Shown: piece by piece, positions 37,905-50,513 of the stretch
Numbering within the stretch: the stretch's first letter is position 1
How the letters are laid out: every line of letters starts with the position of its first letter
Origin: Callorhinchus milii
Taxonomy: Eukaryota
Direction of reading: 5' to 3'
DNA length: 64,000 bases
Assembly: GCF_018977255.1 (NCBI RefSeq)
Contig: NW_024704742.1
Coordinates: 82,834,001-82,898,000 of the forward strand
The notes under the pieces: generated by a model
The model's input: only the letters and a program-made list of their open reading frames with translations
What the model was told of the DNA's origin: nothing
Database searches by the model: none
Position numbers and translations under genes: made by a program

Positions 37905-38126
37905 TTCGGGCTTTTAGCCTATCTGCTCCCGAGAACTTCCTCACAAAATTCCTTTGACTCGCTAGCTCCATCCTGTATCTCAGTTACGGACCCTCTCAAG
38001 ATCTATCTCTTTGATTGCGCTTTCGGTCATCTTTCCCTTCCCAACCCCAGCTCGGGTGACAAGCCAGTATTAAGCACCTTGTGATATCCTCCTGATGTGA
38101 AAGGCACTGGATAAATATAAATTTGT
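37905..38126 (+). mobile_element. L2 LINE 3' fragment
   Basis: RAFSLSAP...LKIYLFDCAFG followed by an L2-type tail. Confidence 0.75.
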
Positions 38127-38542
38127 CCTCTAAACCTAACCAACATTCAATATTTGAGGAGAAAATTCTTCTCTGTGTTGTGTTAATTAGCAATGGTGAT
38201 AATTATCAGAACCTTAGTGATTGCAGTTGAGATCTTTAACAACTAAAGACACAGTGAGACTGCCCCTCACCTCTGGACTCCACATAAGGCTGGGCCCAAT
38301 GACGGCCACTGCACTTCCCTCCGGTGCCATTGGAGTACCGTTCAGCGGGACAGCACCATGACTCCATAATAATTTTTCAAGTTAAGCCAGTATCGCACAG
38401 CTTATGTTTCCCGTCAAGTTTGCAAAAAAAAGTCTGCGTTTTCCCTCCCCCAACTGTGTCCAAACTGTGTAACATAGTTCACAAAGCAGAACCAAGAGGA
38501 AATAAGACTACCAGACTGCTTCACTTAAGATTAACTTATCCA

Positions 38543-38553
38543 TGTGTGTGTGT

Positions 38554-38584
<31 letters not shown>

Positions 38585-38625
38585 GCATATGGATATGATG
38601 TGTATATATGTGTGTGTGTATATAT
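38543..38625. repeat. Compound (GT)n/(AT)n microsatellite
   Basis: Directly visible dinucleotide runs. Confidence 0.9.
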
Positions 38626-38975
38626 GGCATTTTGGGATATTTACAGAGGTATGGGGAAAGGATGGGGCAGTGGACCAGTTTGTAGCTCTTTCAAAGAGCC
38701 AGTATAAGCACGATGGTCCGAATGGCCTCCTGTGCCATAGGATTCTATGAATCTATGTATTGTGGGACTGCATAGTTGGTGCGACAACCTACTCCACTTA
38801 TATCCACCTATTTCCCTAAACAACTCCCTTCCCCCCCTCCCCCCCACATTGTGACTAATTGCCTTGTAATTGACAGTTGATGCTGTATTATTACTCAGCC
38901 ATCCTAAGAACCTCATAATATGATTGCCATATGCAGCAATTTCCCCAGTGACATAGATGTCACCAATTAATGACC

Positions 38976-39253
38976 ATAATAATCCTTGAATTTGATATAG
39001 CACTGTATATCGCCGAGACGTCTTAAAGCGCTTCACAGGGCATACTGTAAAGTGGATTTAATCTGTTTTTTGCGTGAAGTTTGCACACAGTAATGTCCTA
39101 CAACCAGCTGTGAAGTGAATGACCAACTTTTATTTGGGGATTTGTTGGCCAGGACACTAGGAGAAACTCTCTTTTCGAATAGTGTGATGGGATCTTTAAT
39201 GCCCACCAGAACAGGCAGATAGGACCTCGGCTTAACGTTTCATCCAAATGACA
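38976..39253 (-). mobile_element. Deu-core SINE lacking head
   Basis: Reverse complement of the core and tail. Confidence 0.85.
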
Positions 39254-40113
39254 AGGAAAATCTTCCCCCGGGAACTTCACTCCGAAAGTAGATTTCATTG
39301 GAGTGGAGTGTTGTTGAGTCAGCGTGACTTAATTATTAAGAAATTGCATTTGAAACCACAACCTATTGCATCCCAATGGCTAGATTTTGATATGCAAGTG
39401 GGTTAGCAAGGTTAAGTGCATTGTATTGACTGGTGTTTTATGTCATGCCCCTGTACGAACATTCTTTCAGTCATTCTTCTGATAAGAAATCTTAAAGCTT
39501 TAGACTTCATTCATTCACCATTTTTCCCTGCTGAGATTTTCATTCACTGTCTGATCAACTAGATACTATTTACTATCCTCGCTACCATGGGCTCTGGACT
39601 CCAGAAGAGGTGTGGTAATTTGCTAAGCTACATATTAGCTTACATTATTTAAACACTGTGACGGCCAGAGGGTTGTTACTATTTTAAAGAGGCTGTTTTC
39701 ATAATAACAATAATAATTATAATCTTGATATTTGATTTATAATATAATATTCCTTGCATTTGATATAGCACCTTATCACGTCTTAGCTGTGGTTTACCGA
39801 GTTTCCCTTCAGTCAGACATGCTGTACGTGTATCTTATTAAACCAGTTAGTTGTTAGCAATGCCTTGTTTGACATTTTGAGTTATTGATCCGTTTACTTA
39901 AACATGATTTGGACAGCCTTTCTGCTACACCAGGCTTTCTTTCACCATTTTACTCTTTCTTTATTATTAATTGGAAGCCAAAAAGGAACACGTCTTTGGT
40001 TAGCTTCAGGGTATTGCAAGTGAGCATGTTCTTTCTTGAGTGAGTACCAAGTGTGTGAACTTACACATTCCTTGCTTCTCTTTCTTCAGAAAGCACGGAG
40101 CTGTCTGTAGGTG

Positions 40114-40230
40114 GGGGCGAATTCCACCTAGTCTTTGCCAGTTGAGCCCATTTTGTCCTAATTTTTGATTTCAATCTTGATTTGGAAGCTGTTTCTTTTT
40201 AAAAGCCGCTTTCAATTTAAAACTGAGCGG
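40114..40230. mobile_element. Palindromic MITE, half copy
   Basis: GGGGCGAATTCCACCTAGTCTTTGCC is the reverse complement of the family terminus. Confidence 0.6.
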
Positions 40231-40334
40231 AGGATCTATGGATATGGGTAGTTGGCTTGTAGTTACATGATATTATGTTAAGTTCTACTGTACAATTTAT
40301 TTTAAAAACTCTCTTCTGATTTCAAGGGTTGGCT

Positions 40335-40515
40335 TGTGTCACCTTGGCTCAGCAAGTAGCACTCTCTCCTCTGAGTCAGAAGCTGTGGATTCCATCCCAA
40401 TGGCAGAACTTTGAACTTGTTATGTAGGCTTCCACTCCAATGCAGTGCTGGGGGAGCATTGGATTGTTGGAGGTGCCAACCAATTGAGGAATCCTATTAA
40501 AAATGCCATGGATTA
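40335..40515 (+). mobile_element. Deu-core SINE 5' half
   Basis: GTGTCACCTTGGCTCAGCAAGTAGCACTCTCTCCTCTGAGTCAGAAG head plus the start of the core. Confidence 0.75.
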
Positions 40516-42549
40516 GTCAACACTGTATCTGAAGTGCAGATTGCATGAGCCATTTTTGTTCTTTATGCATTAATACAAACAGAGAGAATAGCAGCAGCGA
40601 CGCAAATGGGCTGGATGGCCTCCTGTACTGAAACAGTTTATGTTTCACTGTAATAGATCAATAGCATTTTGAAGTTCAGAAATAATATCAGCTCCCATAA
40701 GAATGGAATGAATTTGCCATGAAAAGCATCATTTTCTCCACAATCTTGAAGTGTTGTCCAAATCTGCAGGACACTCAGGCTACAGATAGCAGGATGACAT
40801 AGCAGAAGGCTGCAAAGCCCTGTTAGATTTCAGCACCTAACAAGAGACCAGTGGTGACCTTATCCCATTATCCACAGTTGATATCTTTATCTGTATCTTT
40901 GTGGTGGGATTGTAACATTAATTGAATTTATGGAGGAAATTAAATGGCAACTTTCCATTTGATCTCAGGTAGTGCCTCAGGAGGGGCTGCTTTTCAAAGA
41001 CACAGTTACAAAAAGGTTTTCAGAAGGTTAGGGAAAAGCAATTTCTCCCAAATACCAGGGAGACAAAAGAGGCATTGTCAGCCTGCGCCTGCAGCATGAC
41101 TGACTGAAAAAGAAGCTGAAAGCATGGAATACACTCCTCATTTTACACTGGTTGATAATGTCGAGTTTAGAAAAGAAAGGAGGAGGGCAAGAGCCTGAGA
41201 AAGATTTTGGTATCTGGAACCAAATGCGCGATTGTTTTTTTGTTGGGGGCGTTGGTCGGGTTTCTGACACACGCAGAAATTAATTACTGTGCTTAAGAAT
41301 GTACAAACCGGACTGAGAATTCCACATATGTATGCCCCCACATGCATGGATATCTCCCTGGGTTTAGAATGCAATACATACTCTCTCCCTGGAGGGATTC
41401 CCCAAGCTTCCCATGGCTTGTCTAGCTCGGGCCACCCTACCCGTTACAGCTTTGGGTTGCAGGGTTAACAGGAGCTGAATGGGATGATTCCCTGCCCCCA
41501 GTGACTGGTCTGCACTTCCAAGCCCTGCCAGTGAGCCAGACTGACTATGCTGTCATCAGAAATGCCCTGGAGTAATTCAGAACTGTCTGACTCAGGAAAG
41601 AGACTTCAAGACCCTCACAGAGGGTTGGCTCAATTCCGACATTCCATTGCTAAACATGTCACTGTGAAGTCAATTCAGCTCCAAGGGCTGCCTGCTTACT
41701 TTCCCTCTTTTGTGAGCCAGAAGAGCAATGAAAAATAGGATAATGAGAGTCAAGAGTCCGGCACTCGGGGGGGGGGGGGGAATGAAAACAGTATTGCCGG
41801 TAACTGAAAATGAGTTGCAGAACAAGGAATTTTGTTGCAATGCAATTACTACTGGAGCTGAGTTTCCGCTGGTTGACGCAATCCATTTCCAGTTACCAGA
41901 AAGAGTTGCTATTTGAGGTACCAGAAGACACGAGAACACAGTCCCCATCCTCTGGCGTGGGTTATTGCCTTCAGTAATTTGGAGGAATTAAGAGAAAACC
42001 TATACCAATTAAGCAGATGTTGGAAGACCTTTCAGAATAAGGTCTGTGCTGAGAACAAAAGGGCATAATTCAATTTGCTATACATCATAATTTGCTTCTT
42101 GATGTATGCAGCACCCAGCAGTATTGTTGAAGAGTTTTTTTATTACTTAATAAAACATCCTATTAAAGCCTTCAAATGTAAATTGTTGTAAATAATGCTC
42201 ATTCCCAAATATCTTGCCTGTGACATTTGTGCTCAGTGCAGCAGCCCAATAGAGTGCAGTGGACACAAAAACGTTCACTGATGCCATAAACTGAATATTC
42301 CCTTGTGTAAAGCTGCTATCTTTTGTGCATTTGTTGCATTCTCCACATAATGCACACTGCGAGCTGTGGAAGAAATGAAAAGTAATGCTTAAAGGCAAGA
42401 AAAATACAACACTAAATGGGACCGGCCTCATTGTGAAAGCAGTGCAGGTAATCAGACATCATGAAAAATGCCAGTTGTGTGCAGTGCTAATCAAAAACGT
42501 CTTCCTTCAGGAGTTGTCCTGTCACGATTATATCACATTGTGCCAACTG

Positions 42550-42715
42550 TCTTTGCTTTCTTCCATTCTCCTTTTCTCTTTCTAGCTACTTTCTTTTTCT
42601 TTCAGACTTTCTTTCTCTCAATCAGAGTCTCTTTCTCTCCCTGACTCTAGCTCTCACTCTATCTGTTTCTCTATGACTTTCTCTATCTCTGTTTCTTCCT
42701 CTGACTCTCTCTCCA
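42550..42715 (+). repeat. CT-rich low-complexity tract
   Basis: Degenerate (CT)n/(CTTT)n. Confidence 0.8.
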
Positions 42716-43751
42716 ATTTCTAAACCTAAACTGTACACTGTAGATTGCTAAATAAACACCTATGTGCTGCCAACTCACAGTCGCTCTATGCAAGTAACTC
42801 GCAGGCAAAACAACCTCACACACATGTACACAGCTGGATTGATTTTGCTTACAGCACAAGTTGATTTTAGTATTGGAACCTGATGTGGATAAGGGAACAC
42901 ATGGACGGTTAGAATGCAGAAAAGCGGCCTCGCCTTCTACCGTAGTTTGGCTTTGAATTTTTTGATGGCCCAAGCACTGGCTGAAATATTGCATCAAGTT
43001 GCGTACACATTTAGTAATGAACTTTGCTGACTGTATTGTCTGTCACTCATGTTCACTTTGACAAATGGCATTGAATCGGTGCCCATGGATTTTGGCTTCA
43101 TTAAAGACACTATGAATGGGAATAGAAATGAACTGTAGGACAATGAAAGCATTTCATAAATCTCAAGCGTGTTGATATTTCCAGTAAGGTTACCTTTGTG
43201 CCTGTGTCTGTGATAAGAGAATAGCTGTGTGTATCTTGTGTTGTACAGCACCTAACACAATAATCTGCACCTGCCTGCCCTGTATCTCTCAGTCAAGCTG
43301 CTGTTGCATTATGTAATGAGACTGAATCCTCTTTTGTTGCTCTGTGTTGACTGGCTTTGGGGAGTATTGCAATATAATCCGAAGCAGCATTAACCTGACT
43401 TTATTAGAAAAGTATTTTAAATCAATGGGACTCTCTTCCATTCAACACATTCATCCCTGGGGAAGGTTATTTTTTCATTCTTGGTAAATTTACCGGGTTT
43501 GGTTAGGTTAGATTATGAAGGGATAATCCCTCTATAAGCAATCGCTCCATACCACCAAGACCAGTAACGAACAAGGGAATATAATATCTCAATCTATGAT
43601 TTAAAGGTTCCAGGTATGACCATTCATCCCACATTAAACTGAACCTGTTAAAGCCCACGTACATTTAAACAAATTAAACCAATCCGTCTCTTCTTTTTTG
43701 ACGGAATTTTATTTTGTCTCGAATTCATTCTGCTGCTTATGAATTCAAAAA

Positions 43752-44066
43752 TATAATTCCTACATTTAATCTAGCACCATTCATGTCGGAAGGATGTCTC
43801 AAAGTGCTTACAGAATATACTATAACATGTAGTGACTGCAAATTCTGCTGGAAAATATCTGCAAACAGCCATGGAGTGAATAACCAATTATATTTGGGGA
43901 GTTGCTGGCCATGACACCAGGAGAAACTCGCTTCTGTTTTCGAATAGTGCAATGAGATCTTTAATGTCTACCTGAACAGGCAGACATGGCCTTGATTTAA
44001 TGTCTCATCTGGAGGTGGCACTTCCAACATTGCAGCGCTCCCCCATTGCAATGTCTGCCTAGATTG
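43752..44066 (-). mobile_element. Deu-core SINE lacking head
   Basis: Reverse complement of the core and tail. Confidence 0.85.
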
Positions 44067-44610
44067 TTATCAGTTGGACTAAAGCATTTTTGATGCTGAA
44101 TCACTGCACAATATTTGAGAAGGAAAGATCTCTCAGAAGATGCGATTTCTACTTTGAATTATTCAGGAGACCTTATAGAGTGCAAGCCATTTTACTGTTG
44201 TGTTTTACTCATCCGGTGTGTCGTGACCATTTAGTGCATCTTTGATCAGTCACGTTCAGATAGTGCAGACTTATCAATCTAACGTATAGCAATTCTACTT
44301 TCTCAATGTTATCACTAATGTATTACGTTGTTGCCTCTGAATATAGATTCCCTTGGGATGAATTGTGTGTGTGTGGGGTGGGGAGCTTCACATTCAACTG
44401 TTAGGAAAAAGCTCTTAAGAATTTCTTCCCTCAGCATTTATCATTCATCTGAAGCCCATCAATTTTAGAGTAGGTCTTCACTTGGGGGAAGCTATTCAGT
44501 GAATAAGATTTCCTGAGCCAGATCATTTTCTTGCATTGACAAAGGAGCATGAGATATTGATGTGCATTTGGCTCCAGTGTTTTGGGAGGGCAGGGAGGAA
44601 AGTTGGAATA

Positions 44611-44820
44611 CATTACAATTCATATTTATACAGAGCCTTTCATGTCGGGAGCACATCTCAAAGCGTTTAACTCTGCTGGATGGGCAATCAAGCTAGGGGT
44701 GGGAGCCGAAGGGGGTGGGAAGGAGAAACCTGCTCTAAAGGATGGTGAAAGAGGTACATCTTGAGATAAGACTTGAAAGAGGAGAGGGAGCGAGTCAGAG
44801 GGACTCTGGGATGGATTACT
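44611..44820 (-). mobile_element. L2 LINE 3' fragment
   Basis: Minus-strand SLSSFKSYLKMYLF plus an L2 tail; similar to 25243-25466. Confidence 0.75.
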
Positions 44821-44943
44821 GAATGCAAATGGAAGTGAATCCAGTTCATGTTTTGAGAAGGGAGTTTTTTCCAGCGTCCTTTTTTTAAAAAAATGTGGTC
44901 ATTCACTTCATGGCTGTTTGTGGGGTATTGCTGGCTGTAAATT

Positions 44944-45825
44944 AACAACAATAACTTGCATTTATATAGCGCCCTTTACGGGGAGTGAGCATCCCAGAAT
45001 GCTTGACAGTTGCTGAGTCTGACCCCAAGCCAGGGAGAAAGGGAAGGGGGAGGTGAACCATAAGCACAATCAAAAAGCAAGGTCTTTAGGCCGGATTTGA
45101 ATGTGGGGAAGGAAGGGGTAAGGCAGAGAAATTGAGGGAGAGAGTTCTAGAGTTTTGGGGTGTAGAGGCTGAAGGCACGGCCACTGGTGATGGAGGGGAC
45201 AAGGGACAAACAGGAGGCCGGGGCCAGCCGAGCGGAGACAGAGGTTGGTAGAATGGGGGATAAGCAGATCGGACAGGTAGGGAGGTGTGAGGGCATGAAG
45301 GGATTTGAAACCAAGTTGCGCACGGGTTTGGTGAATGTGAGGCAGAGCCAGGGGAGATTGAAGAGTTCAGAACCGCAGGAGAGAAGATGTTGGTGGGAGC
45401 CAAAGTGTATGACGTCCGTCTTGCCGACATTCAACTGCATTTTGAAATTTGCGCTCATCTAGCCCTTGATGTCTGTCAAACAAGCTGCCAGGACATCAGC
45501 AGACCTGGGAGTTGCAGCTGGAGAAGTAGAAGTAGATTTGGATGGCATCCTCATACATGTAGAAGTTGACATGTTGAGAGGGGGGAGCATGTAGATAAGG
45601 AAAAGAAGGGGCCAAGGCTGGAGCCCTGGGGTTCTTCACAATTGAGCTTCACAATTGAGCTGGGCAGGGACGGGAGAAAAAACATTGGCCGATACGAAGT
45701 GCTGGCGGTTTGTTAAATAGGATTCGAACCATGTGGATGCAGTCTCACTAAGGTGGATGAGGATGACGTGGTCGAATGTGGTGGAGAAGTTCAGGAGAAC
45801 GAGGAGGCAGAGGGAGAGAGGATAT
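44944..45825 (-). mobile_element. L2 LINE fragment including decayed RT domain, inserted antisense into a Deu-core SINE
   Basis: Minus-strand LLVLLNFSTTFDH, PQGSSLGP, FYMYEDAIQIY (YADDTQ-like), MSANFKMQLNVGKT and GRAFSLYTP; (GTT)n tail. SINE halves lie at 44852-44943 and 45845-45965. Confidence 0.9.
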
Positions 45826-46019
45826 CATTTGGTCATGAAATTATATTGGCTGCTTCCCTACAAATTACAGTCACTTCACTGCAGTTTACAGTACATCCGA
45901 TAAAGTGTATTGACACATTCTCCTGATGTGAAAAGTGCTATATCAAGTGCAAGGATTATTATTATGATAATATGAATAATAATAATATTAATTCCGCCAT
46001 TATTATACACCACATGCCT

Positions 46020-46320
46020 AATAATAATCCCAACNAAAAAATAATAAATTGGTCATTTTCAATCCACGACTGTTTGTGGGGCACTGCTGTGCGCAATTGG
46101 CTGCCGCGTTTTGCCCACAAAATCACTTTACAGTCTATTCTGTGAAGCGCTTTGAGACGTCGAAAAGATGTGAAAAGCGCTTTATCAAATGTAGGGATTA
46201 TTATTATTAATATAGTGCCTTATCACATCTTTGAGACCTATCAAAATGCTTCACAGAGTATACGGTCAAATAGCATAGCAGTGTCCCACAAACAGTCGTG
46301 GTTTGAGTGACCAATTTATT
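46020..46320. mobile_element. Two young SINE fragments tail-to-tail (plus 46020-46208, minus 46209-46320)
   Basis: The plus body ends in (TTA)n and is directly followed by a reverse-complement tail. Confidence 0.8.
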
Positions 46321-47521
46321 TGTATTTTTTGGTTGTATAAATATGGTTGTAGTCTCTCACACACACAGTCACTGTGCATACGCAGATTGAATGTGATCCT
46401 ATTAAACTGATCATAATACACAGACATTTCGCCCACAAAATACACAGCAAATTCACTTTACAGCATATTCTGTGAAGCTGTGAATTATTTATTAATTCTG
46501 ATGGGTGATCCAGTTGGATAATATTATGCCTGTAGCTCTACGACTCACAACGAGAAAATGCTCAGGGCTGTCTGACCTCACTTGCCCAGCAGCCAGAGAA
46601 AATTAGAAGGAAAATCAACCTTGGCAACATTTCATGACTTCAGCTGGGCGTGATGGGAAAATACCATGAGGAGAAACCTCAACCCTCAATAAAACAACAA
46701 CAGAACAATTATATATAATCAGCCTGCAGGACAGTACTTTCACTACCAGATGCTCTGGATTTCGAGCAGAATCACTGGCAGCGTTTGGCAACCCATGCAA
46801 TTGGATGAGGGCCCCGAGGTATAAAAGGGGACCCTGTTATCGTGATTCAGTGACTTATTGGTTGACATGCTTGGGTTGGGCACTTTGCTCTGAAACCCAT
46901 TGAAATCACCTCCCCGTCAACCTAATCCGCTGGGGGCAGGGGCTGTTTGCATGCCAATCCGTGGCCACTCCCGGCCCAATACTAGCTGCCCTCCAGCCAA
47001 AAGCCGCGTTGCTGGAGTGGGACATATGCCAAACTAAGTTTGGTTTCCCAGGTTTCCCAGCTACTAAGCAGCTGAAGCCGCGCCACAAGTGGCTGGACGC
47101 CACACTGACAGGGGCCCCGGAATTGAGCTTTGCATGGGGGCTCCCAAGGGGAAACACACCTTCCCTGATCAGAACATAGCTTTCTGATCGCATTGATTCA
47201 CTAATCCTTCCCAGGCGTCTCCTGTACAGATGTGGCTTCCTCAGTCTTGGCAAATTGCTTTGGAAAACTCCCATTGGGTAGCAACCACAAGGCACAACCA
47301 ACCATTTCTCTTAGTGTTGGACCCTTGACCTAGCAAGTCAGGTGACGCTGGCTAAACATGCCCTAATTTCTCCTGCAAAACGCACACAGTCACTACACTT
47401 TGCAGTATATCCTGTGAAGTGCTTTGACATGAACACCTGATGTGAAAGACATTGTTTCAAATGTAAGAATTACTATTATTGTTACTTACCAGTAGTAGTT
47501 AAAGTTTGAAAGTGTTCTGTT

Positions 47522-47702
47522 TGGGGTGGCCCCAGTGGGCAAAGACACCAGCCAGTGAAGTGTAGGGTTATGCTAGAAACAGAACATTGCAATTTCAAAT
47601 CCCAGTGTGTGCTGAGTTAGGTGAACTTTATTTTGGGAACAGGGAAAATCAGCCAGGGTTTCAGCCCTGGTTGCTATCCAGAGACTTCCATTGGAAATTG
47701 GG
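47522..47702 (+). mobile_element. LmeSINE1-like fragment
   Basis: GTGTGTGCTGAGTTAG...GGGAAAATCAGCCAGGGTT...TGCTATCCAG...TGGAAA; collinear with the 30528-30830 element. Confidence 0.55.
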
Positions 47703-48389
47703 TTTATTTCATTAAAAAAGGCAGGAGAAAAACGTCAGGAACAATATTGTCTGCCCACAAAACATACAATTACTACACTTTACAGTGTATCCCGTGAAGC
47801 TCTGTGAAACTCCTCCTGATGTGAAAAGCACTATTCCAAATGTAAGGATTATTATTGTTATTAGTGCAAATTAAAACCCAGATAACCTTTTCTGAGGAAG
47901 GTCCATCAAACACCATATGGAAGGCAGACAGGGGAGGGTGGGCAAGGTGCCATGTTACCAGGACTCTGCACTATAAATAAAGCAGTGATCAGCAATGTGA
48001 ATAATCTTCAGTGATTTTTGAATACAAAAACGAAATCGCCATTGAAATTAATTTTGATATGCGCTTAACACCAAGGCCCCCCAAAAAGGCACGTTTATGA
48101 AAGATGCTGCTGCTGATTAGATGAAAGGAACAATCTGTGTTGGTTTGTTTGAAATGTTTTTGTCATATTGGAATGCATTGTCTTCAAGTCACAAACTGGC
48201 TATGAAATGTGTATGTGTGATGCACTTGTAAAATAACAATGACTTTCATTTATTGCCCATCCTTCACCTAGGTTAGAGTGTTGAAGCGCTGGAATTGCAT
48301 TGCTTTTGGAAACGTTGACAACTTTTAAGCCTGTCTTTGTTTTAAAACAGTGCATGGGGGTTACCTTTGAATTTAAGAGGTTGCTTTTC

Positions 48390-48585
48390 GGTCCACAATT
48401 CCACTTAGCCTCAGCCTGTGAGACCAATTAGTCTTAATATTTATGATTGTGCAAATTTGTCGAAATTTCCTAAATTAATTTAGAAGCCTGCTCCAAGTTT
48501 GGTGTCCAAATTAAAACTGTGTTCAATAATTGTATATTTTAAGAGGAAATGGCTGATAGGCTAAGGTTAGATGGAATTTCAGTCC
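48390..48585. mobile_element. Palindromic MITE copy
   Basis: GGTCCACAATTCCACTTAGCCTCAGCCT ... AGGCTAAGGTTAGATGGAATTTCAGTCC. Confidence 0.75.
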
Positions 48586-48882
48586 AGTTCCTAAAATCAC
48601 GTGAGTCCAGTTCAATAGCTACACAATAATCACTGATCAAAACTGCATAGACCTCCCCAGCGATAAATGAGTGTTCCATCATTTAGAATAATGTGGCTTA
48701 ACAAGCCAATTAATTTCTCATCTGTTGGGCCACAGGTCAGACAGAGCTTGTTTCAATAGCAGAAGCCAACAAATAGCAAAGCAAATGGAAAACAATAGAT
48801 TTTTTTAATATTTCAAGTGAGAGGCCAACATTGAACGGATGAGATATATATTCTGTAGCATACTATCATTGGGGTATTTTAG

Positions 48883-49297
48883 GTATCAGCCTGACTTAGT
48901 TGGAAGCACTCTCACCTCTGAGTTAATAATCTTGACCCTGTGTAGGTTCAGATCTCACATCTTGGATTTTGAACCTAACGTCTGGACTGACACTCCAATG
49001 TATTGTTGGGAGAAGCTTTTCTTTGTCAGAGGTGCCGTCCTCTGGATGAAAGGTTAAATCCTGTCTTCCTGTACAGGTGAACGTTAAAGATCACATGGCA
49101 TTATTTGAAAAGAGAAGGGAATTTCTCCCAGTGCCATGGGCTACAATCTCCAAGATAATATTGGGTCACTTACTTCATGGCTGTTTGTGGGATGGCGCTA
49201 TGGACAAATTGGCTGCCACATTTACCTACACTTCACAGTATATTCTTTGAGATGTCCTCCTGATGTACAAGGAGTTATATTAGATACAAAGATTATT
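48883..49297 (+). mobile_element. Deu-core SINE, full length
   Basis: Head, core (GAGGTGCCGTCCTCTGGATGAA...AAAGATCACATGGCATTATTTGAA) and tail. Confidence 0.85.
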
Positions 49298-49546
49298 GCG
49301 TTAAAATATGTAACATCTTTGCATTTTAATAGCACGACTCTTTTTATGATGGATCAAATACCTTGTTCTTGTCTCATTTAAGAAGTGTATGACTCCCTTT
49401 CTCAGCTCCAGGTATATTTGAGGTTAAATTGTGAAGCACAGTAATGGATGTCAGAGATTCTGTTCAGCTGAAATGCAGGAACAAATTTGACATTTGAAAT
49501 TTGACATTTTTGACGTTGCAGTGTCAACTTTGTTACAATAATAGAT

Positions 49547-49863
49547 GGTCCTGTAGCTCAGTGGTTAGAGCACTCGCTTTGCAAGTGAGAGATCTGGGTT
49601 CGATTCCCGGCAGGGCGAAACCTTGGGCAAGTTTCCTTACTCCATACGCCCAATAATAATCCCTCCAAAAAAACAAAACAATAATAAATTGGTCATTTTG
49701 AATCCATGACTGTTTGTGGGACATTGCTGTGCGCAATTGGCTGCCGCGTTCGCCCACAAATATACGGTCAATTCACTTTACAGTGTGTTCTGTGAAGCGC
49801 TTTGGGACGTCCTCCCGACGTGAAAAGCGCTATATCAAATGCAAGGATTATTATTATTATTAT
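49547..49863 (+). mobile_element. Young tRNA-Ala-derived SINE, short form, CpG-rich near-consensus copy
   Basis: Cloverleaf-compatible head with TGC anticodon, A and B boxes, (TTA)n tail, possible ATGGT target duplication. Confidence 0.92.
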
Positions 49864-50054
49864 GGTAATTTAATTACTGTTTCATTGAAAAGACTGGGGA
49901 GCTATTTGGTGAATATCAACATAGCCTAAAATCTATTCATTAAATATGTACTGCCGAAAGTGGCTGCTTGTGTTTTCATAGAGTTAAAAACATGGGAAGT
50001 ATTTGATACACATCATTACAGCTTTTTTTGGTGCCACGTTTATGTCACTTTGAT

Positions 50055-50513
50055 TTGTGGATTCTTGTCTGGTCGCCAAGACATAAAAGGGCTGCCCAGA
50101 TCTTAGAGAAAGAGAGGAGAGCAATAAGGATGATTCCCAGTGTTAGAGCAATGAGCTGTGAGCTACTGTTAGATAAACTAAAGACCATCAGCCTTTAAAA
50201 GAGACGTCTCAAATGAGACCTTGCAAAGGTATGTAAGATTCAAAAGAGAACTGAGAAAGTAAACCAGAAACAATACTTTCAGGTATGCAAATACAGTGGA
50301 ACAAGAGGGTACAGGATAAAAGTTGCAAAAGGAAATTTCAGAACAGACACCAGGGAGCTATTTTTTTTATCCAAACTGCAGTGGGTTACCAGGAAGGGTA
50401 ATCGAGGCTAGGACACTGGATTCATTTAAAAAGAGCTTAATTGTGTGATGAGAGGACAATAAGGTGGTGTTATGGAAGGATGAGATCAATTCTTCATCCA
50501 AACCGATCTTGTG
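50055..50513 (+). mobile_element. CR1-clade LINE 3' fragment (second family), decayed
   Basis: Decayed matches to KRRLK*DLAKVCKI, GTRGYRIK and GNFRTDTR, with the tail TTCTTCATCCAAACCGATCTTGTGA. Confidence 0.75.

Noticed and set aside
41380..41480. Faint resemblance to the reverse strand of an RTE-type LINE 5' UTR
   Set aside because: The similarity is too short and rests on memory only; no accompanying ORF remnants.
49548..49618. Apparent tRNA-Ala(TGC) gene with a good cloverleaf (similar heads at 5471, ~35110-35184, 56725 and ~60000-60075)
   Set aside because: Each continues directly into a SINE body, has no oligo-T terminator right after the acceptor stem, and the anticodon varies between copies. 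These are SINE heads.
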